NCBI GenBank assembly: GCA_964016885.1 | Contig: OZ024761.1 | Span: forward strand, 10,912,001 to 10,976,000 | Source: Eledone cirrhosa | Lineage: Eukaryota | Direction of reading: 5' to 3' | DNA: 64,000 nt | Position numbers and translations under genes: made by a program | In this document: positions 1 through 10,823 of the stretch, piece by piece | Layout: each line of letters opens with the position of its first letter | Numbering within the stretch: position 1 is the first letter of the stretch | Notes under the pieces: generated by a model | What the model was told of the DNA's origin: nothing | What the model saw: only the letters and a program-made list of their open reading frames with translations | Databases searched by the model: none

Positions 1-33
<33 letters not shown>

Positions 34-102
34 TATATACACACATATATATATACACACACATATATATATATATATATACACACATATATAGATATAC
101 AC

Positions 103-135
<33 letters not shown>

Positions 136-556
136 TATATACATTTTTTCCCAAAAGTCAGCTCAAAAGTGACACAGAGGAGACTGAGGTTGGCTGGACA
201 TGCTCACCGACATCCAGAGTTGACATTGCACTCAGTGCTCCTTTGGGAGCCCCTACATGGACACACTAGAAGAGGAAGACCAAGGTTAACATATGTTCAT
301 GCCCTAAGGACAGACACTGGTCTGTTGGAGATGCAGGACATGGCAGCGATAATGAGGGACAGAGACCTCTGGAGAGAACTCGTCCTTGGATCTCGGGAAT
401 TTTACCCGCCTTAGATAGATAGATATATATACATATATATATATATACACATATATATATACACACATATATATCTACACACATATATATATATACACAC
501 ATATATATATATACACACACACATATATATATATACACACATATATAGATATACAC

Positions 557-587
<31 letters not shown>

Positions 588-885
588 TATATACACATAT
601 ATATATATATATACACACATATATATATATACACACACACATATATATATATATATATACACATATATATATATACACACATATATATATATACACAGAT
701 ATATATATACACACACACATATATATATACACCCATATATATATATATATACACACACATATATATATATACACACACATATATATATATATATATACAC
801 ACACACATATATATATATATACACACATATATATATATATACACACACATATATATATATACACACACACATATATATATATAGA
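1..885. repeat. Compound (TA)n/(CA)n microsatellite, interrupted by a LINE fragment
   Basis: Directly visible dinucleotide runs. Confidence 0.95.
144..414 (+). mobile_element. RTE-clade LINE 3'-end fragment
   Basis: Translation [10 protein letters not shown]....VLLWEP.HG..RRGRP.LTY...L..DTG....M..RDLWR matches the typical C-terminal region of RTE-like ORFs; flanked by (TA)n. Confidence 0.75.
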
Positions 886-1218
886 CACCCTATGAATACA
901 GTCCCTATGTGTATAGAGTTGAAACAAAACAATAGTCAAGTGAAAGTACATGGTTGACAATACCGTCACATGTAAGTCTGATATAGAACCATGTGACCAG
1001 TTTCTATACATTTCTTTTTTGACTAAAAACAGAGAAATACAGAAATATAATCACATGCTTAGAAAGGACCACATAGCTAATAGAATACACAATATATCGC
1101 GTGTGTGTATATAAACTTCAATGTTATTTTAGTAAATATTTGCTCTACGGTTCTTATATATTTGATATATATTTATCCTTATCGAGCCCTCTTTGGATTT
1201 TAGTCTTCAAATTATTAT

Positions 1219-1265
<47 letters not shown>

Positions 1266-1313
1266 TATTCAGAATAATAATAAATGAAGACATTCACATA
1301 ATCAAAATATATG

Positions 1314-1375
1314 TTTTATTATATATATTTCGAAGGTACTGTGCTGTTTTTTCAGTACGTCCTCGTCAGATAAAA
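1314..1375 (-). ncRNA. Type I hammerhead ribozyme motif (copy A)
   Basis: Minus strand: TTTTAT-CTGACGA-GGA C GTACTG..CAGTAC C TTC-GAAA-TATATA-TA-ATAAAA; stems I, II and minimal III all pair. Confidence 0.75.
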
Positions 1376-1508
1376 TACATGAATTGATGTATGACATACC
1401 TCAACGGTCTTGATGGTTCAATTCCAGTCTTGGCAGTGATTTTAATCTATTGTAAAACTATATTCATTGAGTAATCAATGAACCATATTAATCTTTGGTT
1501 ATATATAT

Positions 1509-1635
1509 ATAGGAAAACGTTTAACCCCGACGGCAGAGCTCAAACCGTTTCGACAGTTATTTCTGGACTGAAATAGTCCAGAAATAGCCATCGAAACGGC
1601 TTGAGCTCTGCCATCGGGGTTAAACATTTTCCTAT
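1509..1635. repeat. Near-perfect fold-back inverted repeat (~61-bp arms, 5-nt loop) in a (TA)n-flanked cassette
   Basis: ATAGGAAAACGTTTAACCCCGA... pairs with ...TCGGGGTTAAACATTTTCCTAT; centre GGACT-GAAAT-AGTCC. Confidence 0.9.
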
Positions 1636-1711
1636 TACCCACTCTACTACCCTAAGTATTGAGTACTCTGGTGCGTTATGGTCCATCTGGTTCCTTACCA
1701 CACTTCCTTCG

Positions 1712-1755
<44 letters not shown>

Positions 1756-1756
<1 letters not shown>

Positions 1757-1870
1757 AGGCGCGTAGTTGAGTGGTTAGAGAATTGTATTCACAATCGTGA
1801 GCTGGCCAGTCCGATTCCTGGACCGGGCGATGCATTATGTCCTTGAGCAAGACACTTTATTTCATGTTGT
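1756..1870 (+). mobile_element. tRNA-derived SINE, family 2 (diverged)
   Basis: tRNA-like head followed by TCCTTGAGCAAGACACTTTATTTCA; homologous to 4375-4475 and 27722-27866. Confidence 0.65.
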
Positions 1871-1968
1871 TCCTTCTACCTGGAGTTGTGACCGATAGAT
1901 AGTATTAGCAATTGAAAAGACCAATGGAAACATTGTTACCTCGGTCCGATTTGACAAAATCAATCAAC

Positions 1969-2006
<38 letters not shown>

Positions 2007-2169
2007 ACTTTTGAATTATTTGTAGTTCAGTATTCACAGTCCCGGTTATTCAGGGAATTTTCCTCAGACCCTACCCAATAATCGGGGAACCATATCTTCT
2101 GCAATTTTTGAATGGTTTTTTTTCGTGGCAATATATTATATTTTCACGCTTTTTAATGGTAAATTGTTA

Positions 2170-2300
2170 ATTGTTTCTTCTTTTGGCACAAGGCCAGCAA
2201 TTACCCCATTGCATTACTGGTACTTTATTTTATCGACCCTGTGAGGATGAGAGGCAAAGTTAATCTCGGTGGGATTTGAACTCAGAATATAAAGTTCAAA
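2170..2300 (-). mobile_element. tRNA-derived SINE, family 1 (partial)
   Basis: ACTGGTACTTTATTTTATCGACCC...GGATTTGAACTC (reverse B-box); the motif recurs more than 12 times in the window. Confidence 0.75.
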
Positions 2301-2493
2301 TCCTACCAATATGCAGTATTTGCTGGCCTATATTTTATGTTATGTTTTGATGTTTACAGGTATTTTTATGGACCACGTTCAATATTTGTGGCTTTTTACT
2401 CTTCACGAGTCCTTTGGAATGTAACACCTGCGAATACCAGGAGACAACTGTATATATATTATAAAATGAATAAATAACCACACAGGTTGATAC

Positions 2494-3235
2494 ATAGTGT
2501 CAGCTATATAGCTGTTATAGTGTCAGCTATATAGCTGTAATAGTGTCAGCTATATAGCTGTTATAGTGTCAGCTATATAGCTGTTATAGTGTCAGCTATA
2601 TAGCTGTTATAGTGTCAGCTGTATAGCTGTAATAGTGTCAGCTATATAGCTGTTATAGTGTCAGCTATATAGCTGTTATAGTGTCAGCTATATAGCTGTT
2701 ATAGTGTCAGCTATATAGCTGTTATATAGTGTCAGCTATATAGCTGTTATAGTGTCAGCTATATAGCTGTTATAGTGTCAGCTGTATAGCTGTTATAGTG
2801 TCAGCTATATAGCTGTTATAGTGTCAGCTATATAGCTGTTATATAGTGTCAGCTATATAGCTGTTATAGTGTCAGCTATATAGCTGTTATAGTGTCAGCT
2901 GTATAGCTGTTATAGTGTCAGCTATATAGCTGTTATAGTGTCAGCTATATAGCTGTTATAGTGTCAGCTATATAGCTGTTGTAGTGTCAGCTATATAGCT
3001 GTTATAGTGTCAGCTATATAGCTGTTATAGTGTCAGCTGTATAGCTGTTATAGTGTCAGCTATATAGCTGTTATAGTGTCAGCTATATAGCTGTTATAGT
3101 GTCAGCTATATAGCTGTTGTAGTGTCAGCTATATAGCTGTTATAGTGTCAGCTATATAGCTGTTATAGTGTCAGCTATATAGCTGTTGTAGTGTCAGCTA
3201 TATAGCTGTTATAGTGTCAGCTATATAGCTGTTAT
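2494..3235. repeat. 23-bp minisatellite, ~32 copies, with an internal palindrome
   Basis: Unit ATAGTGTCAGCTATATAGCTGTT contains the 14-bp palindrome CAGCTATATAGCTG. Confidence 0.95.
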
Positions 3236-3302
3236 AAAGACAGCAGGTTGTGAGGTTATTGCATCTGTGTGTGTCTGCATGTGTTTTTGTGCATGTGTTT
3301 AA

Positions 3303-3550
3303 TCATCATCATTGTTTAACGTCTATCTTCCATGCTAGCATGGGTTAGACGGGAGTTGTCCCACTTGAGGCAAGATTAGTCGGGTGACCGTGTCTTGCTC
3401 GTATAGGACTGTCTGGCGGGTTTTCTACAGCTGGATGCCCTTCCTAACACCAACTACATTTACAGTGTGGTCTGGGAGCCTTTTTACCGTGTTACCTACA
3501 CGACCACATTACAGCGTGGACTGTGTGTTTTATTGTCGTGACACCTACAC
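3303..3550 (-). mobile_element. Dispersed SINE-like repeat (family 3, (GAT)n tail)
   Basis: CATCATCAT..TTTAACGTC..CCATGCTAGCATGGGTTAGACGG..TTTCTACAGCTGGATGCCCTTCCTAACACCAAC; related copies at ~8340-8525, 18860-19050, 27525-27715, 37905-38060 and 61890-62075. Confidence 0.65.
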
Positions 3551-3671
3551 GACCTCATTAGTTTGGACTGGATGTTCTGGTACCAACCTAACTTTATAGA
3601 GAAAGGCTGGCGTTGGCGGGAGTGGGAGGATGGAGTGTATGTTTGGTTTGGAGCAGCCTACTGACTGTAGG

Positions 3672-3745
3672 TTAACTTTGCAGGTAGGGAAGGCGGGTCT
3701 TCTGTATTACTGCGTGGCGCCAAAGATCTCGATCCAGTGACATTG
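3672..3745 (-). mobile_element. RTE-like LINE extreme C-terminal fragment
   Basis: MSLDRDLWRHAV matches the DR..WR terminal motif of RTE ORFs. Confidence 0.5.
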
Positions 3746-4374
3746 TCTTAGAGATATATAATTTAAATGAATTACACATTTCATTCCAATACAGAAGGAG
3801 GTAGCATTTAATTCCTCTGCCACTTACTTCAGTATTGCACTGAAACATATGTAAGTAATTTAAATAATGCATTAAACTAAAATACAATGTAGAGTATATG
3901 ACAGATCGATAATGAGACTGAAAAAGCAAATGGTAAACACGAATCATACGTTCATGCATTGTAGTGCATCGCATTATAATGCAGCCATACACACTGACAA
4001 TAGTAGGTATACTTCCACAGTTGAAATTCAGACTACAGTGGAGGTATACAGCCTCCTGGGCTTTCACGGCGGTGTACCGAGGGGAGGGGGTATCTTAGAA
4101 CCTAATTAATAATTGTTTGTGGAAACCACCCCATCTTAGCGGAATCATAAATACCTTCTGCGATTTTTTAATGGCTTTTTTCGTGGCAATATATATTTTG
4201 TCACGCTTTTTAACGCTAAATTGTTGTTTCTACTTTTGGCACAAGGTCAGCAATTACTTCCCCAGTGCATTACTGGTACTTTATTTTATCAACCCAGTAA
4301 AGATATACTTCCAGAGGTATACTTCCATAGTTGACACTTCAGACTGCAGTGATAGTGGTTTTCACCTCCCCAGT

Positions 4375-4475
4375 GGAGGCGCATGGCTCAGTGGTTACAG
4401 CATTGGCCTTGCAATCCTTGAGCAAGACACTTTATTTCACATTGCTCCAGTTTACTCAGCTGTAGAAATGAGATG
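4375..4475 (+). mobile_element. tRNA-derived SINE, family 2 (internally deleted)
   Basis: A-box TGGCTCAGTGG, then CCTTGAGCAAGACACTTTATTTCACATTGCTCCAGTTTACTCAGCTG. Confidence 0.7.
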
Positions 4476-4717
4476 ATAGGGACTGGGGTCCATATCATTA
4501 AATTACCTAAGACACCTCCAACGAGATATACCCCCCTCCAAGGGGGCAAGCTAAACCTGCATAGGTGTGAGCTGTCACACACACACACACACACACACAC
4601 AGCCCCCTGGGCCTCCAAGAGAATGGACGAGGGGGTGCTGTATCTTCCTCACAAACAACAACACCAACACCAACACCACCAACACCAACAACACCAACAA
4701 CAACAACAACAACAAAC

Positions 4718-4774
4718 CTTGTGATTCTCAAATGATATCCAAATTTTCTTGTAGTTGTAAGTAGACTTCTCCGT
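4718..4774 (-). CDS. ABCC9: Sulfonylurea receptor (ABCC8/9-like) internal coding exon, 57 nt, TEKSTYNYKKIWISFENHK
   Basis: Acceptor tttcAG and donor GTttgt, phase 0/0, in frame with exon 7456-7635; resembles SUR1 AMRALTNYQRLCEAFDAQ, which follows GKLP. Confidence 0.75.
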
Positions 4775-4799
4775 CTGAAATAACAATGGTGGAAATATT

Positions 4800-5625
4800 G
4801 GTGGTGGTGGTGGTGGTGTGGTGGTGGTGTGGTGGTGTGGTGGTGGTGGTGGTGTGGTGGTGGTGTGGTGGTGGTGTGGTGGTGTGGTGGTGTGGTGGTG
4901 GTGGTGGTGGTGTGGTGTGGTGGTGGTGTGGTGGTGGTGGTGTGGTGTGGTGGTGGTGGTGGTGTGGTGGTGGTGTGGTGGTGTGGTGGTGTGGTGGTGG
5001 TGTGGTGGTGGTGTGGTGGTGGTGTGGTGGTGGTGTTGGTGGTGTGGTGGTGGTGGTGGTGGTGCTGTGGTGGTGGTGGTGGTGGTGTGGTGGTGGTGTT
5101 GGTGTGGTGGTGGTGGTGGTGGTGGTGATAGTGGTGTGGTGGTGGTGTGGTGGTTGTGGTGGTGGTGTGGTGGTGGTAGTGGTGGTGGTAGTGGTGGTGG
5201 TGGTGATAGTGGTGTTGGTGGTGGTGTGGTGGTGGTGGTGGTGTGGTGTTGGTGTGGTGGCGTGTTGGTGGTGGTGGTGGTGTGGTGGTGGTGGTGTGGT
5301 GGTGGTGTGGTGGTGGTGTGGTGGTGGTGTGGTGGTGGTGTGGTGGTGTGTTGGTGGTGGTGTGGTGGTGGTGGGGTGGTATGTTGGTGGTGGTGGTGTG
5401 GTGGTGGTGTGGTGGTGGTGGTGGTGTGGTGTTGGTGGTGGTGGTGTTGGTGGTGGTGTGGTGGTGGTGTGGTGGTGGTGTGGTGGCGTGGTGGTGGTGT
5501 TGGTGGTGGTGTGGTGGTGGTGGTGGTGTGGTGGTGGTGTTGGTGTGGTAGTGGTGGTGGTGGTGGTGGGTTGGTGGTGGTGTTGGTGTGGTGGTGTTGG
5601 TGGTGGTGTTGGTGGTGGTGTTTGT
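4800..5625. repeat. (GGT)n/(GT) low-complexity tract
   Basis: Directly visible. Confidence 0.95.
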
Positions 5626-6319
5626 GTTGTGTGTGTGTGCATCTGTGTGTGTGGGGTGGGGTGCTATGTCAGAACAACAAGTCAAATGTCAAGGTCAATG
5701 ATGTTTAGATATAATATGGGGGCGGGGACTGTGAGGTAGTGGGAGGTAGAGGGGGAGGTAGTGGGGGAGAGGGGTTAGTGGCAGTAGAGAGGGGGGGGTA
5801 GAGATTGAGAAGTGGTAGAGTTGGAGGAGGGAGAGAGAGAGAGGTAAAGAGAAAGAGGAGGAAGAGGTAACAATAGGGAAAGAGAAAGGGAGAGGAGGAG
5901 GGAGAGACAGAGAGTGAGAAGAGATAGAGAGGTAGAGTGGGAAGGAGAGAGAGGAGGCAGAGATAGAGAGAGAGGGTGAGAGGGAGGAGGGAGAGTAAGG
6001 TAAAGAGAGAGGTAAAAAGAGAGGCGAGGTAGTGAGAGTGAGAGGAAGGAGAGGTAGTGAGAGGAAGGAGAGGTAGTGAGAGGAAGGAGAGGTAGTGAGA
6101 GTGAGAGGAGGGAGAGAAGTAAAGAGAGAGGGGGGGGGTAGTGAGAGTAGGGGGGGGGAGAAGTAAAGAGAGAGGGGGAGGTAGTGAGAGTAGGGGGGGA
6201 GTACATTAATCCTAAATCTAGTGACTATATCAGTGATCCAAGTTTTAAGAGGATTAAAACAGTTTAGTTAGACAACAACAACAACAACAATAATTTAAGA
6301 ATATTAATAACAATAATAA

Positions 6320-6680
6320 CAGGCCAACTATTTTGATGAGGTGGGGGGGAAGGGAGTCGATTAAAGCACCCCCAGTGCATTACTGGTACTTTATTTTACT
6401 GAACCCGTAAGGATGAAAGGTAAAAAGTTAACCTCAGCAGGATTTGAACTCAGAACGTAAAGAGCCATAGCTCTATGCCACAAAGCATGGTGTCTGACGT
6501 TCTACAGATTCTGTCAATCCACCGGCCTCTAATGATAATAATAATTGTTTCTACTTTTGGCACAAGGCCAGCAATTACCCCAGTGTATTACTGGTACTTT
6601 ATTTTATCGACCCCGTAAGGATGAAAGGCAAAGTTAACCTCGGCAGGATTTGAACTCAGATCATAAAGGACCGTAACTGC
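6320..6680 (-). mobile_element. Two tandem family-1 tRNA-SINE copies
   Basis: Two occurrences of ACTGGTACTTTATTTTA..GGATGAAAGG..AAGTTAACCTC..GGATTTGAACTCAG. Confidence 0.75.
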
Positions 6681-6687
6681 AATCACA

Positions 6688-7430
6688 GGTCTAAAGTCCA
6701 GCTGACCAGTCCAATAACTAGTCTAAAGTCCAGCTGATCAGTCCAATAACTGGTCAAAGGTCCAGCTGACCAGTCCAATAACTGGTCAAAGGTCCAGCTG
6801 ACCAGTCCAATAACTAGTCTAAAGTCCAGCTGACCAGTCCAATAACTGGTCAAAGGTCCAACTGACCAGTTCAATAACGAGTCTAAAGTCCAACTGACCA
6901 GTCCAATAACTGGTCAAAGGTCCAACTGACCAGTTCAATAACTAGTCTAAAATCCAACTGACCAGTTCAATAACGAGTCTAAAGTCCAGCTGACCAGTCC
7001 AATAACTGGTCAAAGGTCCAACTGACCAGTTCAATAACTAGTCTAAAATCCAACTAACCAGTTCAATAACGAGTCTAAAGTCCAACTGACCAGTCCAATA
7101 ACTGGTCAAAGGTCCAACTGACCAGTTCAATAACTAGTCTAAAATCCAACTGACCAGTTCAATAACGAGTCTAAAGTCCAGCTGACCAGTCCAATAACTG
7201 GTCAAAGGTCCAACTGACCAGTTCAATAACTAGTCTAAAATCCAACTGACCAGTTCAATAACGAGTCTAAAGTCCAACTGACCAGTCCAATAACTGGTCA
7301 AAGGTCCAACTGACCAGTTCAATAACTAGTCTAAAATCCAACTGACCAGTTCAATAACGAGTCTAAAGTCCAGCTGACCAGTCCAATAACTGGTCAAAGG
7401 TCCAACTGACCAGTTCAATAACTAGTCTAC
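6688..7430. repeat. 32-bp minisatellite (~23 copies, 3-unit higher-order pattern) abutting a splice donor
   Basis: Unit AAAGTCCARCTGACCAGTYCAATAACTRGTCW; internal hairpin TGACCAGT-ccaata-ACTGGTCA. Confidence 0.92.
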
Positions 7431-7455
7431 AATAAAGTCCAGGTCCTTTACTTAC

Positions 7456-7635
7456 CATCGGAAGTTTCCCAAGGTTGTGTAGCTCTATGACGTGTCGGAA
7501 ACCTTTCCGGATTAAATCGGTAATCCACCAGAAGGTAATTTTGGATAAGAAGCTGACATAGGGCTGAATATATTTCAGGTAAGCCAATTCCTCAGGTGAG
7601 TGGACAGGACAGGGTTCTTGGAAGAAGGCATATTT
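7456..7635 (-). CDS. ABCC9: Sulfonylurea receptor (ABCC8/9-like) coding exon, L0/lasso region, 60 aa
   Basis: (CT)n-ccAG acceptor and GTAAG donor. KYAFFQEPCPVHSPEELAYLKYIQPYVSFLSKITFWWITDLIRKGFRHVIELHNLGKLPM matches SUR1 RYIFFKTP.EVKPPEDL...RFLQPFVNLLSKGTYWWM...I.....PIDLRAIGKLP. Likely co-orthologue of ABCC8 and ABCC9. Confidence 0.88.
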
Positions 7636-7636
7636 C

Positions 7637-7672
<36 letters not shown>

Positions 7673-7804
7673 AAGATGAATATACAAGGACCTCTTGTTA
7701 GTTAAATGTAGTGAGAATTTGAATGAATGGAGCAAATGTTTGTTGATTACAGGTCAACATGTGGCTAAAACATTGAAATACAACAGAGTGGGACATCTGT
7801 AGTG

Positions 7805-8525
7805 ATATGCACCCAGTACACTCTGTAAAGTGGTTGGTGATAGATAGGGCATATGGCTGTAGAAACCCTGCCAAACAAAGGGTTGAGAAGACCCTTCAGT
7901 TGTGTCAAGGACATGACAGCCTTCCTAGCGTTCGTGATTTACACGATAAATACACCCAGTACACTCTGTAAAGTGGTTAGTGATAGGAAGGACATCTGGC
8001 CATAGAAAACATGCCAAACAAAGAATAGCGAGAAGTCATCAATTGTGCCATAGACATGACAATGTTCCTAATGCTGGTGTCACATTAAAATACACCCAGT
8101 ACACTCTGTAAAGTGATTGGTGATAGGAAGGATATTCAGCTGTAGAAATATTGCCAAATAAAGGGTTGAGAGAGCTCTTCAGTTGTGTCATAGACGTGAA
8201 CGTGACCTCTGGCGTCACACACTAATACAGAAGACCCGACTTCCCACGGGTACAAGCCGAAGCTGAAGCATATAGACAATATGCCCCCACACACCCCCAC
8301 TGTAAAGTGGTCGTGTAGGCGCCACGGCAAAAAAGCACCCAGCACCCATTGTAAATGAGGTTGGTGTTAGGAAGGGCATCCAGCTGTAGAAATCAAGCCA
8401 GAATCAGTTCCCGTATGAGCAAGACAAGGTCAGTCAACCGGACACTGCCCAGAACAGGACAACCCGTCTAACCCATGCTAGCGTGGAAGAATGGATGTAA
8501 AACGATGATGATGATGATGATGACA
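7805..8525 (+). repeat. Degenerate tandem copies of the family-3 repeat core ending in a (GAT)n tail
   Basis: Repeated CACCCAGTACACTCTGTAAAGTGGTTGGTGATAGGAAGG..CTGTAGAAA at ~140-bp spacing. Confidence 0.6.
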
Positions 8526-9159
8526 ACCTCTTTAGTGTTGGTAGCACAATAAAATACACCCAGTAGACTCTGTAAAGTATGGAAACATATGTAATTTATT
8601 TACTGAACACTGGTCTGTCTGAGAGGTCAATAGCTCTACCAGAGTACTGACTGGTTTGTGATGACCTGTCCACAACTTATTAGGGAAACTAACCGTTAAA
8701 CATTGACAATTGCAATAAAATAAATACAAACCTATGTTACTGAGGAAAATAAATAAATATTTGAAGAAGTAAAAAGGAAAAAACAACATTATTGTACAGT
8801 GTGTTTTGAAAATGGGAAAATTAAATATTTACTGCTCACACCTATGTAGGTTTAACTGACGTTTAAGAGGTTGTAGGTCATGTTTTTGTTGTTAAGCTTA
8901 CACCTATGTAGGTTTAACTGACTTCCTACTAGGTTAAATCTCAGGTTTCTCAGAAGTTTTAATAAAAGAGGAGCCAGTCCTGTCATGTTGTTAAGCTTAC
9001 ACCTATGTAGGTTTAACCCTTTAGCATTTAAACCGGCCATATCAGACCAGAATTCTCTCACCTGTTTCTGTTCAAACCAGCTGTAACTGGCCACTCATAC
9101 TGACATTAAGGTATTGTTCTCAAAATAAATAATATCAAAATCTCATAGATTCGATATAA

Positions 9160-10586
9160 AATGGGGTAAAGCCTTTACTGTGAAAATACAATAGTAAAAA
9201 TAGAGTAATGTAAATGGTATGTGAGGTAAAGCCTTTACTGTGAAAATACAATAGTATATATAGAGTAATGTAAATGTTATGTGAGGTAAAGCCTTTACTG
9301 TGAAAATACAATAGTATATATAGAGTAATGTAAATGTTATGTGAGGTAAAGCCTTTACTGTGAAAATACAATAGTATATATAGAGTAATGTAAATGGTAT
9401 GTGAGATATTATGTGAGGTAAAGACTTTACTGTGAAAATACAATAGTAAAAATAGAGTAATGTAAATGGTATGTGAGATATTATGTGAGGTAAAGACTTT
9501 ACTGTGAAAATACAATAGTAAAAATAGAGTAATGTAAATGGTATGTGAGATATTATGTGAGGTAAAGACTTTACTGTGAAAATACAATAGTAAAAATAGA
9601 GTAATGTAAATGGTATGTGAGATATTATGTGAGGTAAAGACTTTACTGTGAAAATACAATAGTAAAAATAGAGTAATGTAAATGGTATGTGAGATATTAT
9701 GTGAGGTAAAGTCTTTACTGTGAAAATACAATAGTATATATAGAGTAATGTAAATGTTATGTGAGGTAAAGCCTTTACTGTGAAAATACAATAGTATATA
9801 TAGAGTAATGTAAATGTTATGTGAGGTAAAGCCTTTACTGTGAAAATACAATAGTATATATAGAGTAATGTAAATGGTATGTGAGATATTATGTGAGGTA
9901 AAGTCTTTACTGTGAAAATACAATAGTATATATAGAGTAATGTAAATGTTATGTGAGATATTATGTGAGGTAAAGCCTTTACTGTGAAAATACAATAGTA
10001 AAAATAGAGTAATGTAAATGGTATGTGAGATATTATGTGAGGTAAAGCCTTTACTGTGAAAATACAATAGTATATATAGAGTAATGTAAATGTTATGTGA
10101 GATATTATGTGAGGTAAAGACTTTACTGTGACAATACAATAGTATATATATAGTAATGTAAATGTTATGTAAGATATTATGTGAGGTAAAGCCTTTACTG
10201 TGACAATACAATAGTATATATAGAGTAATGTAAATGTTGTGTGAGATATTATGTGAGGTAAAGACTTTACTGTGAAAATACAATAGTAAAAATAGAGTAA
10301 TGTAAATGGTATGTGAGATATTATGTGAGGTAAAGCCTTTACTGTGAAAATACAATAGTATATATAGAGTAATGTAAATGTTATGTGAGATATTATGTGA
10401 GGTAAAGACTTTACTGTGACAATACAATAGTATATATATAGTAATATAAATGTTATGTAAGATATTATGTGAGGTAAAGCCTTTACTGTGACAATACAAT
10501 AGTATATATAGAGTAATGTAAATGTTGTGTGAGATATTATGTGAGGTAAAGACTTTACTGTGAAAATACAATAGTATATATAGAGT
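9160..10586. repeat. 72-bp (and 60-bp variant) tandem array, left part
   Basis: Unit TGAGGTAAAGCCTTTACTGTGAAAATACAATAGTATATATAGAGTAATGTAAATGTTATGTGAGATATTATG. Confidence 0.95.
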
Positions 10587-10823
10587 GGTTTCTTTATTTG
10601 CCACTAGGGCACAAAAGGTAGGGACAGATACAAGGGGGGAAGTTTACATATAATTAACGAGTACAAAAATATAACAATGAAATAACAACAACAAACGAAG
10701 TCCTCAATAGGGAGGGGGCATTAACATGGGTCGCACACACCCCGGAAAAAATGTGTAACCCTTCTCCTCAGGAGCACAAAGAGTAGGTGCTTCCCTCGTC
10801 TCCGCTTTTTCCTCTTCTTTCAC

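Noticed and set aside
2350-2450. Possible next SUR exon on minus (VLHSKGLVKSKKPQIL..)
   Set aside because: No convincing similarity and no donor before an in-frame stop.
4507-5739. His/Thr/Pro-rich and Val/Trp/Gly-rich ORFs; poly-Val ORF at 24344-25195
   Set aside because: Trinucleotide low-complexity tracts.
9135-10604. 489-aa repeat ORF and similar ORFs at 16164-16973 and 19865-20762
   Set aside because: Translations of the 72-bp satellite.
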